From Atractiella rhizophila (Eukaryota), in contig MU271305.1 in NCBI GenBank assembly GCA_021432655.1, positions 25,654 through 89,653 of the forward strand: a DNA stretch of 64,000 nt, written 5' to 3'. Within the stretch, counting starts at the first letter, position 1, and every line of letters starts with the position of its first letter. The notes under the pieces are model-generated. The model ran no database searches, had not been told where the DNA came from, and saw nothing but the letters and a program-made list of their open reading frames with translations. A program made the position numbers and the translations under genes. This document shows positions 37,525 to 49,350 of the stretch, in pieces.

Positions 37525-37669
37525 GATGTTCTGCTCGTGTCATGCTGCCCACAGGAAAGCAGGGGAGATGTGGAGATGTGTTTCATTTGTGCGGTGAGAT
37601 GTTCTGCTCGTGTCATGCTGCCCACAGGAAAGCAGGGGAGATGTGGAGATGTGTTTCATTTGTGCGGTG
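37525..37669. repeat. Exact 72-bp tandem duplication with an extra A at 37597
   Basis: gatgttctgctcg...tgtgcggtg occurs at 37525-37596 and 37598-37669. Confidence 0.95.
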
Positions 37670-38974
37670 TTGTTGTTGACGGCGAGGACTCGGAAATAAG
37701 ATCAAACACCCTTCCCGCTTCTCCAAAATCCGCCAAAATGTGCACTTTTCTTCGTCCACCTTCACTCCACCTTCTTTGTCTAGATCCTTATATTATTCCC
37801 TTTAAACCATCACAGAATCCACCATAGAATAGCTCGCGAAGACAAAGTAACACCTCGAAACAGCTGAGGATGATCTCGCCAGCTCTTCTTTCCGTGCTGC
37901 ACGAATCCCGTTCCCTCCTCGTCCAACTGCCCATACTCCTCTCCTCCCCTTCGCCCATACCTCTACTGCCGTCTCCAACTTCTTACAAGCCGCTTCCTCC
38001 GCGGTCGACCCTCCACAACTTCCACCAACTCCTCCTCGCTTGCTTCTCAGCGAACCCATCCATCAGTGGAACTGAAGCCCACGCTCGATTTGTGGAGCTC
38101 TTGCAGATTCATTTTGGCGTTAAGAGGTGGTTGGAGCTCGGGAATGGCAGGTGGAAGAGCGGATTCGAATCCAGGGCTGTCATTGGGTGCGTTCGTTACT
38201 CCTTTTCTTAATGTGGCACTTGGGCAGAGTCTATTTTTTGGTTCACTCTGAAAGACTCTACATAATGGAGACTATATTTTATTCTGGAGAATGCTGCACA
38301 TATTTGAGAATAGGTGTAGCTTGCAAAATAGGCCTACTCCTTCGATTTCCTTCTGTTGATCGAAAAGTGTTCGATGGAAGGTAAAAATCCATTTTCTCCT
38401 CAGTATTTTTGCGCAATGAGAATACGGGAAGGGCTGGTAAAGATTCCACGTTGCCTCCTCGTCGTAGAAAGAGGAATTTCGGGAAAATACACAGATGCAC
38501 AAGATCCAATGTATTTCATTGCCAGGACTCGATGTGGGCTTGGGAGTCGGGCGTATCCTCAGACTTCTAGTGTGAGGAGTAATGGAAATGCATGCGCCTA
38601 ACGTATGGATGTATAGAATACATATCACCAAGCACGCTGCGAGTGTTATCCTCCTTGGTCAGCGTTTTCGTCTAATTCAGTGACAACACGCTTCTGCTGC
38701 AAAGAATCGGGAATATTGTTTAATTTGAAGTTAACATTAGGTTGGACTGATAGTTTGAACCGTCGAGTTCTCGAAATTATCACAATGTATCGTCATATAG
38801 CATGCTGCTGCATGCAGATTTTCTATAACTTATTGATAAGGAATAAATGCTGAAATGAACGTTTCAGGTCAAGCCATGCTGCCGAGTTACAGAGAGTTCT
38901 AGTTGAATTAAGGAGTTTCTGTTCCTCTCAAGTCGGCCGCTATCTCAGAGAACTCATCTTTGACGTCGTGGGAA

Positions 38975-40281
38975 TGAATGAATAGATACCTTGTCCCAAA
39001 TCAACCAAAACATGAAACTAATATCTGGATGTGTGGACAGGCTAATACTCGATCTGTTCGAAGCTGTGACGACCAAGCTGGGAGAGGAGGAGGTAGAAGA
39101 AGAACGCGAACTCATCCGGTGGGCTGAGGGTTTGTTGGAGGCACTGAAAGCCATGTGAAGTTTCCTTCTATCGTCTCCCCATTTGTTCTTCTCATGAGTT
39201 CGACTGTAGTGCCGACCTCCTTAGCATCCAATCCGGACCGAAAGGGAAAACAAGCTCGAAAGCCCTCCCTAACCTCCCTGTTGCCAACATTGCTGCCGAA
39301 GCACAGACTCAAGGACATCGCCGGCGATCTTCCTCGCTTACATCCCTTGCAGTTCATCCCTCTCATGCCTCCGTCTCCTTTCCATACGCCACCTACGGAA
39401 TCACCCCATTCCCCATTTCCCCAGTCCGGCCAGCCCATCCGTCCCTCCTCAGCGCTCCACTCACGGCACGCTTTCAACCGCGCATCCCGTCGCTCATAGC
39501 CACCTTCAAGTTCCCTTCGGATCATGTGTTCAAGGACAAGCAGCTGGTTTGGGCTTTCTCGAAACCTTCAAAGTACCCTTGGCTCGCAGCTGAGGTCGTG
39601 ATGGACGACGGGAGGATCACAGCGGAGATGAGGGGCAGGAAGGCTTTCTTACCCCCTATGGTAATGGGCGAAGAAGGAGGAGAGTGGGTAGCTGTCAGGT
39701 GGTTCGATTGGTTCGGTCCTTCAAAGCGAACCTGGTCCGTCCTCCCACTTCTCCTCGTCTCTTCCTCCGATCTGTTACATTCTTCTATCATTCAATTACA
39801 CGGCTCTGACTGCTTTATGATTAGGGACTGGGTACCACGCCACAACCTCCTACCCCTCTCCTCTCCCCCGACTGCTCTCGATGCCTACCTTGCCACCGAA
39901 GATGCGGTGCGGGAGGCGACAGGATACGTGGACGTGAAACTCGCCAAGCATTATCGACACATGCTCCAATCGTACAAATGGGCCGTACACGACAAAGCGT
40001 ACGAGATGGGAGCTCTCAAGTCAAAAAAGGAGAAGAAGAAGACCAAACGGATCATCCCGGCCCTCTCCATCAAGAGAGGCAAAGGGAAGCGCGAGGTGGT
40101 GGATGAGAAAGCCGGTGCGGAGAAATTAGGGCTGGATAAGGGGAAGAGGAGGTTGGTGGAAGGACCGGAGAGTGAGTGGGAGAGAGTCGTGAAGCAGTGG
40201 GAGGAGATGGCGGACGGCGTGGGCAGTATCGAAACTGCTGCCGTGCCTAGGCGGGCGTTGACAAGGAGCAACACGTTGTGA
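38975..40281 (+). CDS. PWWP-like domain protein; 5' end uncertain, may begin nearer 37738
   Basis: Frame open from ~39200; QLVWAFSKPSKYPWLAAEV..VAVRWFDWFG..TW/DWVPRHNLLPL resembles a PWWP fold. Confidence 0.6.
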
Positions 40282-40578
40282 TTGCTTTTCGTCGGAAAGA
40301 GATTGGTCAAAGACGTCGATCGGCGTCCGCAGGCTTCAGTGAAGCTGGACAGCTTCCGAGAAGCTTTGCTTGATTATTGATTATTCCTTTGGATTGGATC
40401 TCATTCGTTTATCCTACTTGGGCTTGAGATGGACAGTTTCCGCCAATGTTGGCTCAGTTATACCGATAAAGACATTCATTCATATTGTTACCCGTACACA
40501 AGAATGGCTTAAATGTCATGGTACATTTTGCTTCTATTCGCACACCAAGTCGACTGGACACAGAAGCGGCAAGTAACA

Positions 40579-41819
40579 CTACATTCCCTCTACATCGCTC
40601 TCCTCATCACCTATCGGACAATAGAATCAGCTGTGCACGCAACAAAAAGGGAGAATGCGCACCTGAAACCTCCCTGTTTTCATTCGCGACCTTATCCATC
40701 AAAGCCTGGAGCTCCGCATCATCGCTTTCACTGACGACTTTTGGTTTCATTTTAACGTTAAGTTCTCCTCCCGCGCCTTTAATGCTCTCTTCAATCCTCT
40801 CAATACATCTCTCCAACGTCTCAAGGGCACCCGTCTTATCGGTGGCGTTGGAAACTATGACATATAGAGGTGGAGCGACGAGTTTGATCTTTATCGGTAT
40901 ACTATCGGTGGAGAGGGATTCGCCAGCGAGCAGAGCGGAACGGATGGCGTCGATACCGGAGAAGGAGAAGCAGGAGACTTCGATGTCCGAACGCACTTTT
41001 ACGGGTTGAGGGGTGAGACGACGGGAGATGTTTGCGTGCAATTCTTGTGAGATTTCGGGTGCGAGCTCGATACCAGCGTCGGCGTACACAGCATCGCCTT
41101 CACTGTGGACACCTTTGTTTTAGCTTTCTTTATGGGTATGAAGGGAGGGAGGGAAAGGCGAACGTGATTGATAGCTTGAACGCTTCATATGCATGTCCAT
41201 ACTTTCGATATAACGGCCAGGTGATCTTCTCGTTCAGCTCTTCAAGGTCCGTTCCCGTCTTCTCTGCTACGTGACGCATGATTGAATGGACGGCTTTCGA
41301 TTTGTTATATCTCTCTTCGCACTTTGTGATATCTTCTGAGGAAACGCGACGCTTTGAGAGATCGATGTATCCTGTTTACCATAACACTACCATCAGTCTG
41401 ATGAAATGGGCATGAAGAGGCGGGAGGGATGGAGAGTAAAACAAGCGCACCTTTCTCTTTGTCTACTCGCATTACGACGACTACCTCATTGCGTCCGACA
41501 CGGATAAGTTTCTGGATCGAACGAATACGACGACGTGAAAGTTCGGAGAGGAGGATCATGCCTTCAATATTGTCGTACTCCAGCTTCACAAACCAGTCAT
41601 TCAACCACGCTTGCGGTATGACACCAGAGAAAGGAAAGCGTACCAGCTTAACATAAGCTCCCATCTCCTGAATCTGCTTCACCTGCACCATCACCAGCTG
41701 GTCCACCTCAGGGAATCTTCCCGCCACGCCCAGAAGAAGATCGATCAATTTCTCTCCCAGTCGAACCAAAAGCAAGCGAGCAAAGAGACGACTCACTTTT
41801 CGTCGTAAAATCGCACCAT
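40579..41819 (-). CDS. SUI2: Translation initiation factor eIF2 alpha
   Basis: [68 protein letters not shown]. Confidence 0.97.
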
Positions 41820-42003
41820 CTTGCCTTTCCTTAGACGGTATAAAACGCTATCAGAAAAAGGGAAACAGCAAGAGAGGTTGGTCTCGTTGGTCGTAAAAAG
41901 TGGACCTTGACTCACTTCACACCCGAAGAGTCGTCTTCCCGATCAGAAACGACGAACTGACCAATCCTTGCCAGCTCGGCTCTGTCCTTATAGTCCCACC
42001 TTC

Positions 42004-42324
42004 ATGTCTCGCGCTTCGAAAGCAACGCTCGGTCTCGCCTCTCTCTTCTGCGTGGGCACCATCTACTTTGTACACTTCCAGCAGGAACGAGAATCGGCGG
42101 TCATGTATCAAGGCGTTGTGCGCGATGCAGCACGTCGAGAAGAGAAGAAGCGTGCACGGGTCGAGGAATTTGAAGAGCAGAAGCGGTTGAGGGAGTGGTT
42201 GGAGAGAGACCAGAAGGTGGAGAGAGGGGAGGGGAGGGGAGTTATTCTCGATCCTTCGCCAGAAATGAAGGTGAAGGCTGGAGAAGAGGTGAAACTGAAG
42301 GGATGCACAAGTTGTGATTCTTAG
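42004..42324 (+). CDS. PET117: Cytochrome c oxidase assembly factor Pet117
   Basis: MSRASKATL..TIYFVHFQQERESAVMYQGVVRDAARREEK. Confidence 0.88.
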   Translation: MSRASKATLGLASLFCVGTIYFVHFQQERESAVMYQGVVRDAARREEKKRARVEEFEEQKRLREWLERDQKVERGEGRGVILDPSPEMKVKAGEEVKLKGCTSCDS

Positions 42325-42389
42325 GGATAAATAATGAGTATGTATTTATCGTTAGGTTGCCAGTCGATGTACAGTGTTGAAGAAATAAA

Positions 42390-43293
42390 TCAGGAACGGA
42401 AATCGATATAACCCCAATCGTCCTTCTCCTTGTCTCTCCTTCCTCTTCCTCCTCCATTACTTGCATTATAATCCCCTCTACTCTCCCTCTGGCTCCTCCT
42501 CCTGTCACCGTTTCTAGGACTCCTAGGTGTTCCAGGGCTCGTCGGACTCTTGCTCTCGAAATAGACCTCTGAAGGCAACACCACACTTTTAACTCGAGTT
42601 TTCTTCTCCCTCCCATCCCAACTGCCGCTGCCGCTACCGCTACCACTACCACGCGTCAGAGGTGCGGCAACGATGGCAGGTCTGTTCATTTGCTCCCTCA
42701 TGCGCATCGAGTGACTCTTCACCGCCCTCCCACTTCCCCTCCTGCTCCGTCTCTTCTCCAAGTTCTCAGCCAGGACCGTATCCTTCTCCGCTCCTTGTCC
42801 ACTAAACAATCCATAGACAGTCTTGTCCTTCTTCTCATTCCTCCGCCTACAACACAACCAAACACCCGCCAGAAAGCAAAGCACCACAAAGCCTCCGACC
42901 GAGGCAATGACTGGTGTCGCCCACGACGGCCATCCTCCTCCTCCTTTCTGTGCAGGCGTGGAGGTGGATACCGAACTTCCCGTAGGTCGCACGCCGCCGA
43001 TGGTCTCGGGGTCGGTGGGCTGGAAGACGGAGGAATAGGCGAGCGCAAACGGGATCTGTGTCTGGCCGTAGCCGGATGGGAAAGGGACGGTGATCGCTGG
43101 CGTGGTGAAGGAGCGCAGGGCAGGCGGTGAGTGAGAGGGATTGCGCAGGAAGTGAGGGGAGTACGGGGACCCTGAGATAGAGGCTATGGAGAGGAAGGTT
43201 GCGAGAGATGTTGTTGCTTTGTTATTGTTTCCCATTACCACAGCACAAAATGTCAATGATGGATGGAAACTCACCTGGTTCGCCGTCTGCCAT
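42390..43293 (-). CDS. Hypothetical single-pass membrane protein
   Basis: ATG at 43293, intron after MADGEP, long ORF with a TM segment (VIASVGGFVVLCFLAGVWLCC) followed by RRR and a basic tail. Confidence 0.7.
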
Positions 43294-43555
43294 TGTGCCT
43301 GGTATTTACATTATCCTCTGGACAGACCAATGTCTCTATGAGACTTCCCCTCCAAAAACCAAAAACCTATTCCTATTCCCTTTACTTCAGTCCAGCATTC
43401 CGAACTACCTTCAACTAACAGCTGACTAAACTACGGGAAGAAAATTGCAACCTTATCGAGACGAGGCTTCCCTATTTTCCTTCCTCAAGTCATCTACCAA
43501 TTTCTTTTCCCAAGAACCAGTCAGCTCTCCAGCTTAATTCGATTAGTTCAGGAAA

Positions 43556-44113
43556 ATGAGTGAACTCGCTACCACCTACGCCGCTTTGATCCTCGCTGAT
43601 GAGGGACTCGAGATCACTGTGCGTCCTTCTTCTACCTCTCGTTCAAAATGGGACCATGATGGCTGACGTTGTGCTCTTCATCTGCCTTTGAACTGCGTTC
43701 TATCTGCCGGCGTTGCTTTGACTGGTCCATAGGCTGACAAAATCCTCGCCCTCACCTCCGCCGCCAAAGTCGAAGTCGAACCAATCTGGGCTTCCCTCCT
43801 CGCTAAGGTGCTTTACCACCCATTCCTTCATCTACATTACCGCTTACATCGTGTTGGGGAAATGCAGGCATTGGCTGGAAAGGACGTAAAAGACCTCCTC
43901 CTCAACGTTGGCTCAGGAGGAGGAGCCGCCGCCCCCGTTGCGGCTGGTGGAGCTGCTGCTGGAGGAGCTGCCGCTGCGGAGGCACCTAAGGAGGAGGCAA
44001 AGAAGGAGGAGGTGCGTAATTCTCTACTTTATGTATCCGGTTTTTTGACCCGTGGATGTGAACAGGAGAAGGAGGAGTCAGACGAGGACATGGGATTCGG
44101 ACTTTTCGATTAA
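43556..44113 (+). CDS. RPP1: 60S acidic ribosomal protein P1
   Basis: [62 protein letters not shown]. Confidence 0.96.
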
Positions 44114-44191
44114 GTGTTGGGAGGAGTACATTACGATATCGCATATGCAACCATCTTGTTGTGCAACATCGAACGTTAGAGGCACAATCTG

Positions 44192-47100
44192 TCACATCAT
44201 TGCCATTATCCTTACATTGCTCATTTATCCGCCGTGCCGACTTCTGGTAACAGATTGGAGGCCTATTGCCATGTTATGGAAACTTGAGGGCCATTGATTA
44301 TGCAGGCTTCATTGGGATATGCAGCGGCAAGTTAGTGAAATGAGAGCTGAGGCTGGGCAAAAAGAGAGCTAACCCTGGCTTGGACATAGGTGCTTTGTGC
44401 AACTTCGAGGTAAGTATACTGGCGTAAGCTACAGGATCAAGAAGATTAAATGACAGGCTCAAGTGATTGAACAAGTTTAGGGCATGTTTGTGTCATGGTA
44501 GATCCAGTCATTGGCTGTCGAGCCTCAGTGAGAAAGCGAGGAACAGCGACCTAGCACACACAAAAACGAACTGACCCTTCTAATGTAATGATAAACACAG
44601 AAGCAAGCTTCGTTAGTTTTTCAGCCTAAAGATTGTATGAGCTAGAGGATCTACTGTCATAATGAAACATTTCAAGGGATCGAGCAAGTTCGGGACATTG
44701 CGCATATTAGAAATGTCGTCACGTGTGTCGACCCACAACAAAAAGAAAAAGCTGGAGTGAACTGGAGAATTCTGAACAGCTATGCCCAGGTGAAAGCGAT
44801 CAAATGAGAGCTGGTTCCGACAGAGTAAAGCGAGACATCCGCTCCGGCAGCATTGTCATATTGGAGGAGAAAAATAATAGGCTGACCCTTCGATGAGGTA
44901 GGATAAACTTGGACGCAAGCGCCGCTAGTTTCTGGCATCAGACCAAAGTTCATATGAGCTAAAGGATCAAAACAAGTATGGGGATGTTTCAAAGGGATGG
45001 AGCAAGTTCTGGGCACCCCGCACATTACGTAGAAGTGCAAAGAGAATGAGAGCAGAGCAGAGGGCGAAACATCAAGTCATTCCTCATTGCAAGACAACGA
45101 GATATATGACTGGCTTCCTTTCAAGTAACCCCAGGTATTCTTGCGATCTATAAAAGCGAAGACACACTGATCCCTGCTCGAGAGAAGGTGTTGTGGGCTT
45201 ATCTTATGCGCAACGAAAAGCAGCCGGAAAGGTTTCTGAGCTGTGATGGACCCTACTGAAGCTGAAGCTTCTGGACGCTGAACATCATGATGCTGAACAG
45301 CTAGACCAAAAGAGGGACTTGTATGAAAAGGAAAAGCAATGCTGACCTTCAAGAGAAACTCAGGATGGGAACCCAAGTGTGCAAGGCTTGAGTTGCACTG
45401 AATTAAGAGCTACAAGATCGGGAGGATAATGTAACCGTTTCGCGGAATGACACAAGTTCAGGTGAATATACATAATCCTGGTCGGTCTACTAAGTAGTGG
45501 TCAAAGAATTTTAGTAGACAACGAAAACGGTCACTCTTCCTTAAAAGCTCCTGTTCTGTGATGCTCTGCTCATAAACGTGATGAAGGCCTGAAACAAAGA
45601 GCCGATGATGATACAAAATGCTGTCAGCTTCCCAGAAGCTCTGAAACATACACTGATCCTTGAAAAGTTCACTTAGCTAAGATGTTCTAAGCTCCTCTCG
45701 GCAGTGTGTTACCTATATGATACCCGTGGCATTTCAGCCCTTCCGAGCTGAACTGGATAGTTTGAAAAGATGTTCAAGCCAGTAAAAAAGACCAAACCGG
45801 CTGGCAGATCACATTGGAGGCTGGGACAAACGAGTTCAGCAATAGAGAAGATTAGTAGCGCATCTTCAGCGTCTCCCGTTCGTGAAAATGATTTACGAGG
45901 CTTCTTGACCACACAGAGCAAAAAGAGCTGGCCCTCTGGCAGAGAGAAAGAACCATTGGATTCTTGTAACCTGACCTGAAACCTTTACAGTCCCATTATG
46001 GATTCATCAGCTATAGGACCAATAGCAGTTCATGGCTTTTTCAAGCGAAGGTGCAAGTTTTGGAGCCATATATAGGATCGTCGAGCTCTTAGCAAGGTTT
46101 GTACATTGGTACGTAGGTCTGTCTGCTTCACGGGTGGAGGTCATGTTTGAAAATCTCGGAAAATAACGCGAGAGAAGGCAGGCTNNNNNNNNNNNNNNNN
46201 NNNNNNNNNNNNNNNNNNNNNNNNNNNNNNNNNNNNNNNNNNNNNNNNNNNNNNNNNNNTCTTTCACATCATCATTGCCATTATTACCCTTACATTGCTC
46301 CTTTATCCGGCGTCCCGACTTCTGATGACAGAGGCCCTATTGCAACGTTCCCTGTGCAAGGTACGGTGGTGATTACGCGGGTTGTATCGTCATATGCAGT
46401 GGCAGGTCATAGAAATGAAGAGCTGAGACTAGGGCAAAAAGAGAGCTAACCCTGGCTTGGACATAGGTGCTTTGTGCAACTTCGAGGTAAGTATACTGGT
46501 GTAAGCTACAGGATCAAGAAGACTAAATGACAGGCTTGGGTGCTCGAACAAGTTTAGGGCATGTTCGTGCACATCCCAGTCATTGAGTCACTGGGCAGCG
46601 GGCATGGAAAGCAGAAGCAGTTTTCAGAACAAAGCAAACAGTGAACTAATGCGAAAAAAAAAAGAGAGGAGCTGACCCTTCTAATGTAATGATAAACACG
46701 GAAGCAAGCTTCGTTAGTTTTTCAGCCTAAAGGTTGTTGAGCTAGAGGATCTACTGTTGTAATGAAACATTTCAAGGGATGGGGCAAGTTCGGGACATTG
46801 CGCATATTAGAAATGTCGTCATGTGTGTCATCCAACAACAAAAGCTTAGGAGTGAAATGGATAACAACTATGCCTAGGTGAGAGCAATTAAATGAGAACT
46901 GAGAACTGGTTCCGACAGAGCAAAACGAAACATCCGCTCCAGCAGGCAGCATTGTCATATTGGAGGAGAAAAGTAGTACGCTGACCCTTCGATGAGGTAG
47001 GATAAACTTGGACGCAAGCGCCACTAGTTTCTGACATCAGACCAAAGTTCATATGAGCTAAAGGATCAATACAAGTATGGGGATGTTTCAAAGGGATGGA

Positions 47101-48305
47101 GCAAGTTCTGGGCGTTCCGCAAATTACGTCGAAGTGCAAAGTGAACGAGAGCAGAGCAGACGGCAAAACATCAAGTAATTCCTGATTGCAAGACAACGAG
47201 ATATATGACTGCTGCTTCCTTTCAAGGAACCCTGGGGATTCTTGCGATCTATAAAAGCGAAGACACACGGATCTCTGCTCTGCTCGAGAGAAGGTGTTGT
47301 GGGCTTATCTTATGCGCAACGAAAAGCAGCCGGAAACGTTTCTGAGCTGTGATGGACCCTACTGAAGCTGAAGCTTCTGGACGCTGAACATCATGATGCC
47401 GAACAGCTAGACCAAAAGAGGGACTTGTATGAAAAGGAAAAGCAATGCTGACCTTCAAGAGAAACTCGGGATGGGAACCCATGTGTGCAAGGCTCGAGTT
47501 GCACTGAATTAAGAGCTGCAAGATCGGTAGGATAATGTAACCGTTTCACGGAATGGCACAAGTTCAGGTGAATATGCGTAATCCTGGTCGGTCTACTAAA
47601 TAGCGGTCAACGAATTTTAGTAGACAACGAAATCGGTCACTCTTCCTTTAAAAGCTCCTGTTCTGTGGTGCTCTGCTCATAAGTGATGATGAAGGCCTGA
47701 TACAAAGAGTGAATGATGGATAAAATTGTCGACTTCACAGAAGCACTGAAAAGATATACTAATCCTTGATATTAAAAAGTTCCCTGAGCTAAGATGTCCA
47801 AAAGCCAACTGACCTCTCCGCAATGAGTTACCTATACTGATATTCATGGGATTTCAGCCATTCCGAACTGAACTCAATAGTTTGAAAGATGTTCAAGCTA
47901 GTAAAAAAGGAGAAAATCGGTGGGCGGATTACATTGAGGCAGGGACAAAGTTTGCCAATAGAGAAAGATTAGAGACGCATCTTCAGGCGTCTCTCGTTCG
48001 TCAAAAATGATTTACGAGGCTCCTTGACCACACAGAGAGCAAAAGAGCAGGCCCTCTGGCAGCGAGAAAGAACCATTAGATTCCTGTAACCTGACCTGAA
48101 ACCTTTTACAGTCCCATTATGGATTCATCAGCTATAGGACCAATAGCAGTTCATGGCTTTTTCAAGCGAAGGTGCAAGTTTTGGAGTTGTATATCGGATC
48201 GTCGAGCTCTTAGCAAGGTTTGTACATTGGTACGTAGGTCTGTCTGCTTCACGGGTGGAGGTCATGTTTGAAAATCTCGGAAAATAACGCGAGAGAAGGC
48301 AGGCT
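44192..48305. repeat. Diverged ~2-kb direct duplication (44192-46184 / 46264-48305) flanking an assembly gap
   Basis: Colinear sequence with many SNPs and indels; both copies begin tcacatcat.. and end ..gaaggcaggct. Confidence 0.9.
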
Positions 48306-48790
48306 CGCATCAGGTTCGCTTGATCACTTCGCCTTCAAACTGTTAAGGAAAGAGGAACTTAGGCATCCCCTGGATTCAGTAGAATGGATGATCAGATGCA
48401 TATTTTCTAATAAAGTATGAATTCATCACTCTCTTGTATGCTAATCAGTAACGGATGAAGGTCGTCCCAATATACTGCGTAAAATAGAACAAAGATCATA
48501 AAATAAACCAAAAGAAGCTGACCCTGCACATATAACCATGATGGCAAGAACGCTCGGTACTTGTTCTCCATCACGAAACCACAAGGTGTGGTTTATCAGG
48601 AGTTTTGGATAGCTACAGGATCAACGACACTCATTGATCATTTCAACCCGACAAACAAGTTTAGGAATAATACATCCCTTAGATGTAATACACTTGATCT
48701 GTGCGCTCTCTGCCTCAAACTTGCAGGAACAAAGTGCGACAGTCGGACAATGAAAATCTCGGAAAAAACAACTTCAGCTGGAAGTGCAAG
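44427..48790 (-). pseudogene. Array of degenerate modules associated with decayed F-box motifs
   Basis: Eleven AGCTNNA(G/A)GA(T/C)C...CAAGTT modules; minus-strand peptides LPAEVVFSEIF..KLVCR and SLPSLALFSEIFKH, broken by stops and frameshifts. Confidence 0.45.
46185..46259. other. Assembly gap (75 N)
   Basis: Run of n. Confidence 1.
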
Positions 48791-49350
48791 AGAGCTGTGC
48801 TTTACAGCGAGATGTTTCGCTCATGGCTGTAATGCCTTCATGCGCATACCAAGACCAAGGTGAATAAATCGATCATTCTTTCCCTTTTTTTCTCACTACG
48901 TAATGGAAAGGACGAACCCTCAGCTCGTTCATCCCTTCCCACCTCCTGCTCCCCTTATATCAACACAACGACGCCACGAGGAAAACGCCAGCGCATGACG
49001 CGATATTGCGCGTTGAAGCGAAAGTTGTTCCTCCACGCTCTTGACGTTGCTCCCGTCATGATGTCTCCAAGCAAGAGCAATTTATTTTGAGGGCAATGGC
49101 CTGCAGTCGCATCCTAAGAAGAAGTTCGAGCCTTGGATGGTATATCTGGTGCAAGAGCCAAATGTCGCAACGTCGGAAGTCTGGTGGTCGTTTGAGGACA
49201 AGAGTTTCGGAGTTTGAAACTGCACAAGACAACTGCAAGACCAACGACGACAAGCTGCTCCATCTGCTCCCACACGCTCCTTAACTTTTCTTTCCTTAGA
49301 CCATCGATTCTCTACTTCTGTCTTCGCAGCATATCAAATATCATAGGCGC

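Noticed and set aside
44427..48665. CRISPR-like reading of the module array
   Set aside because: The repeats are degenerate, spacing is long and irregular, there are no cas genes, and the context is eukaryotic.
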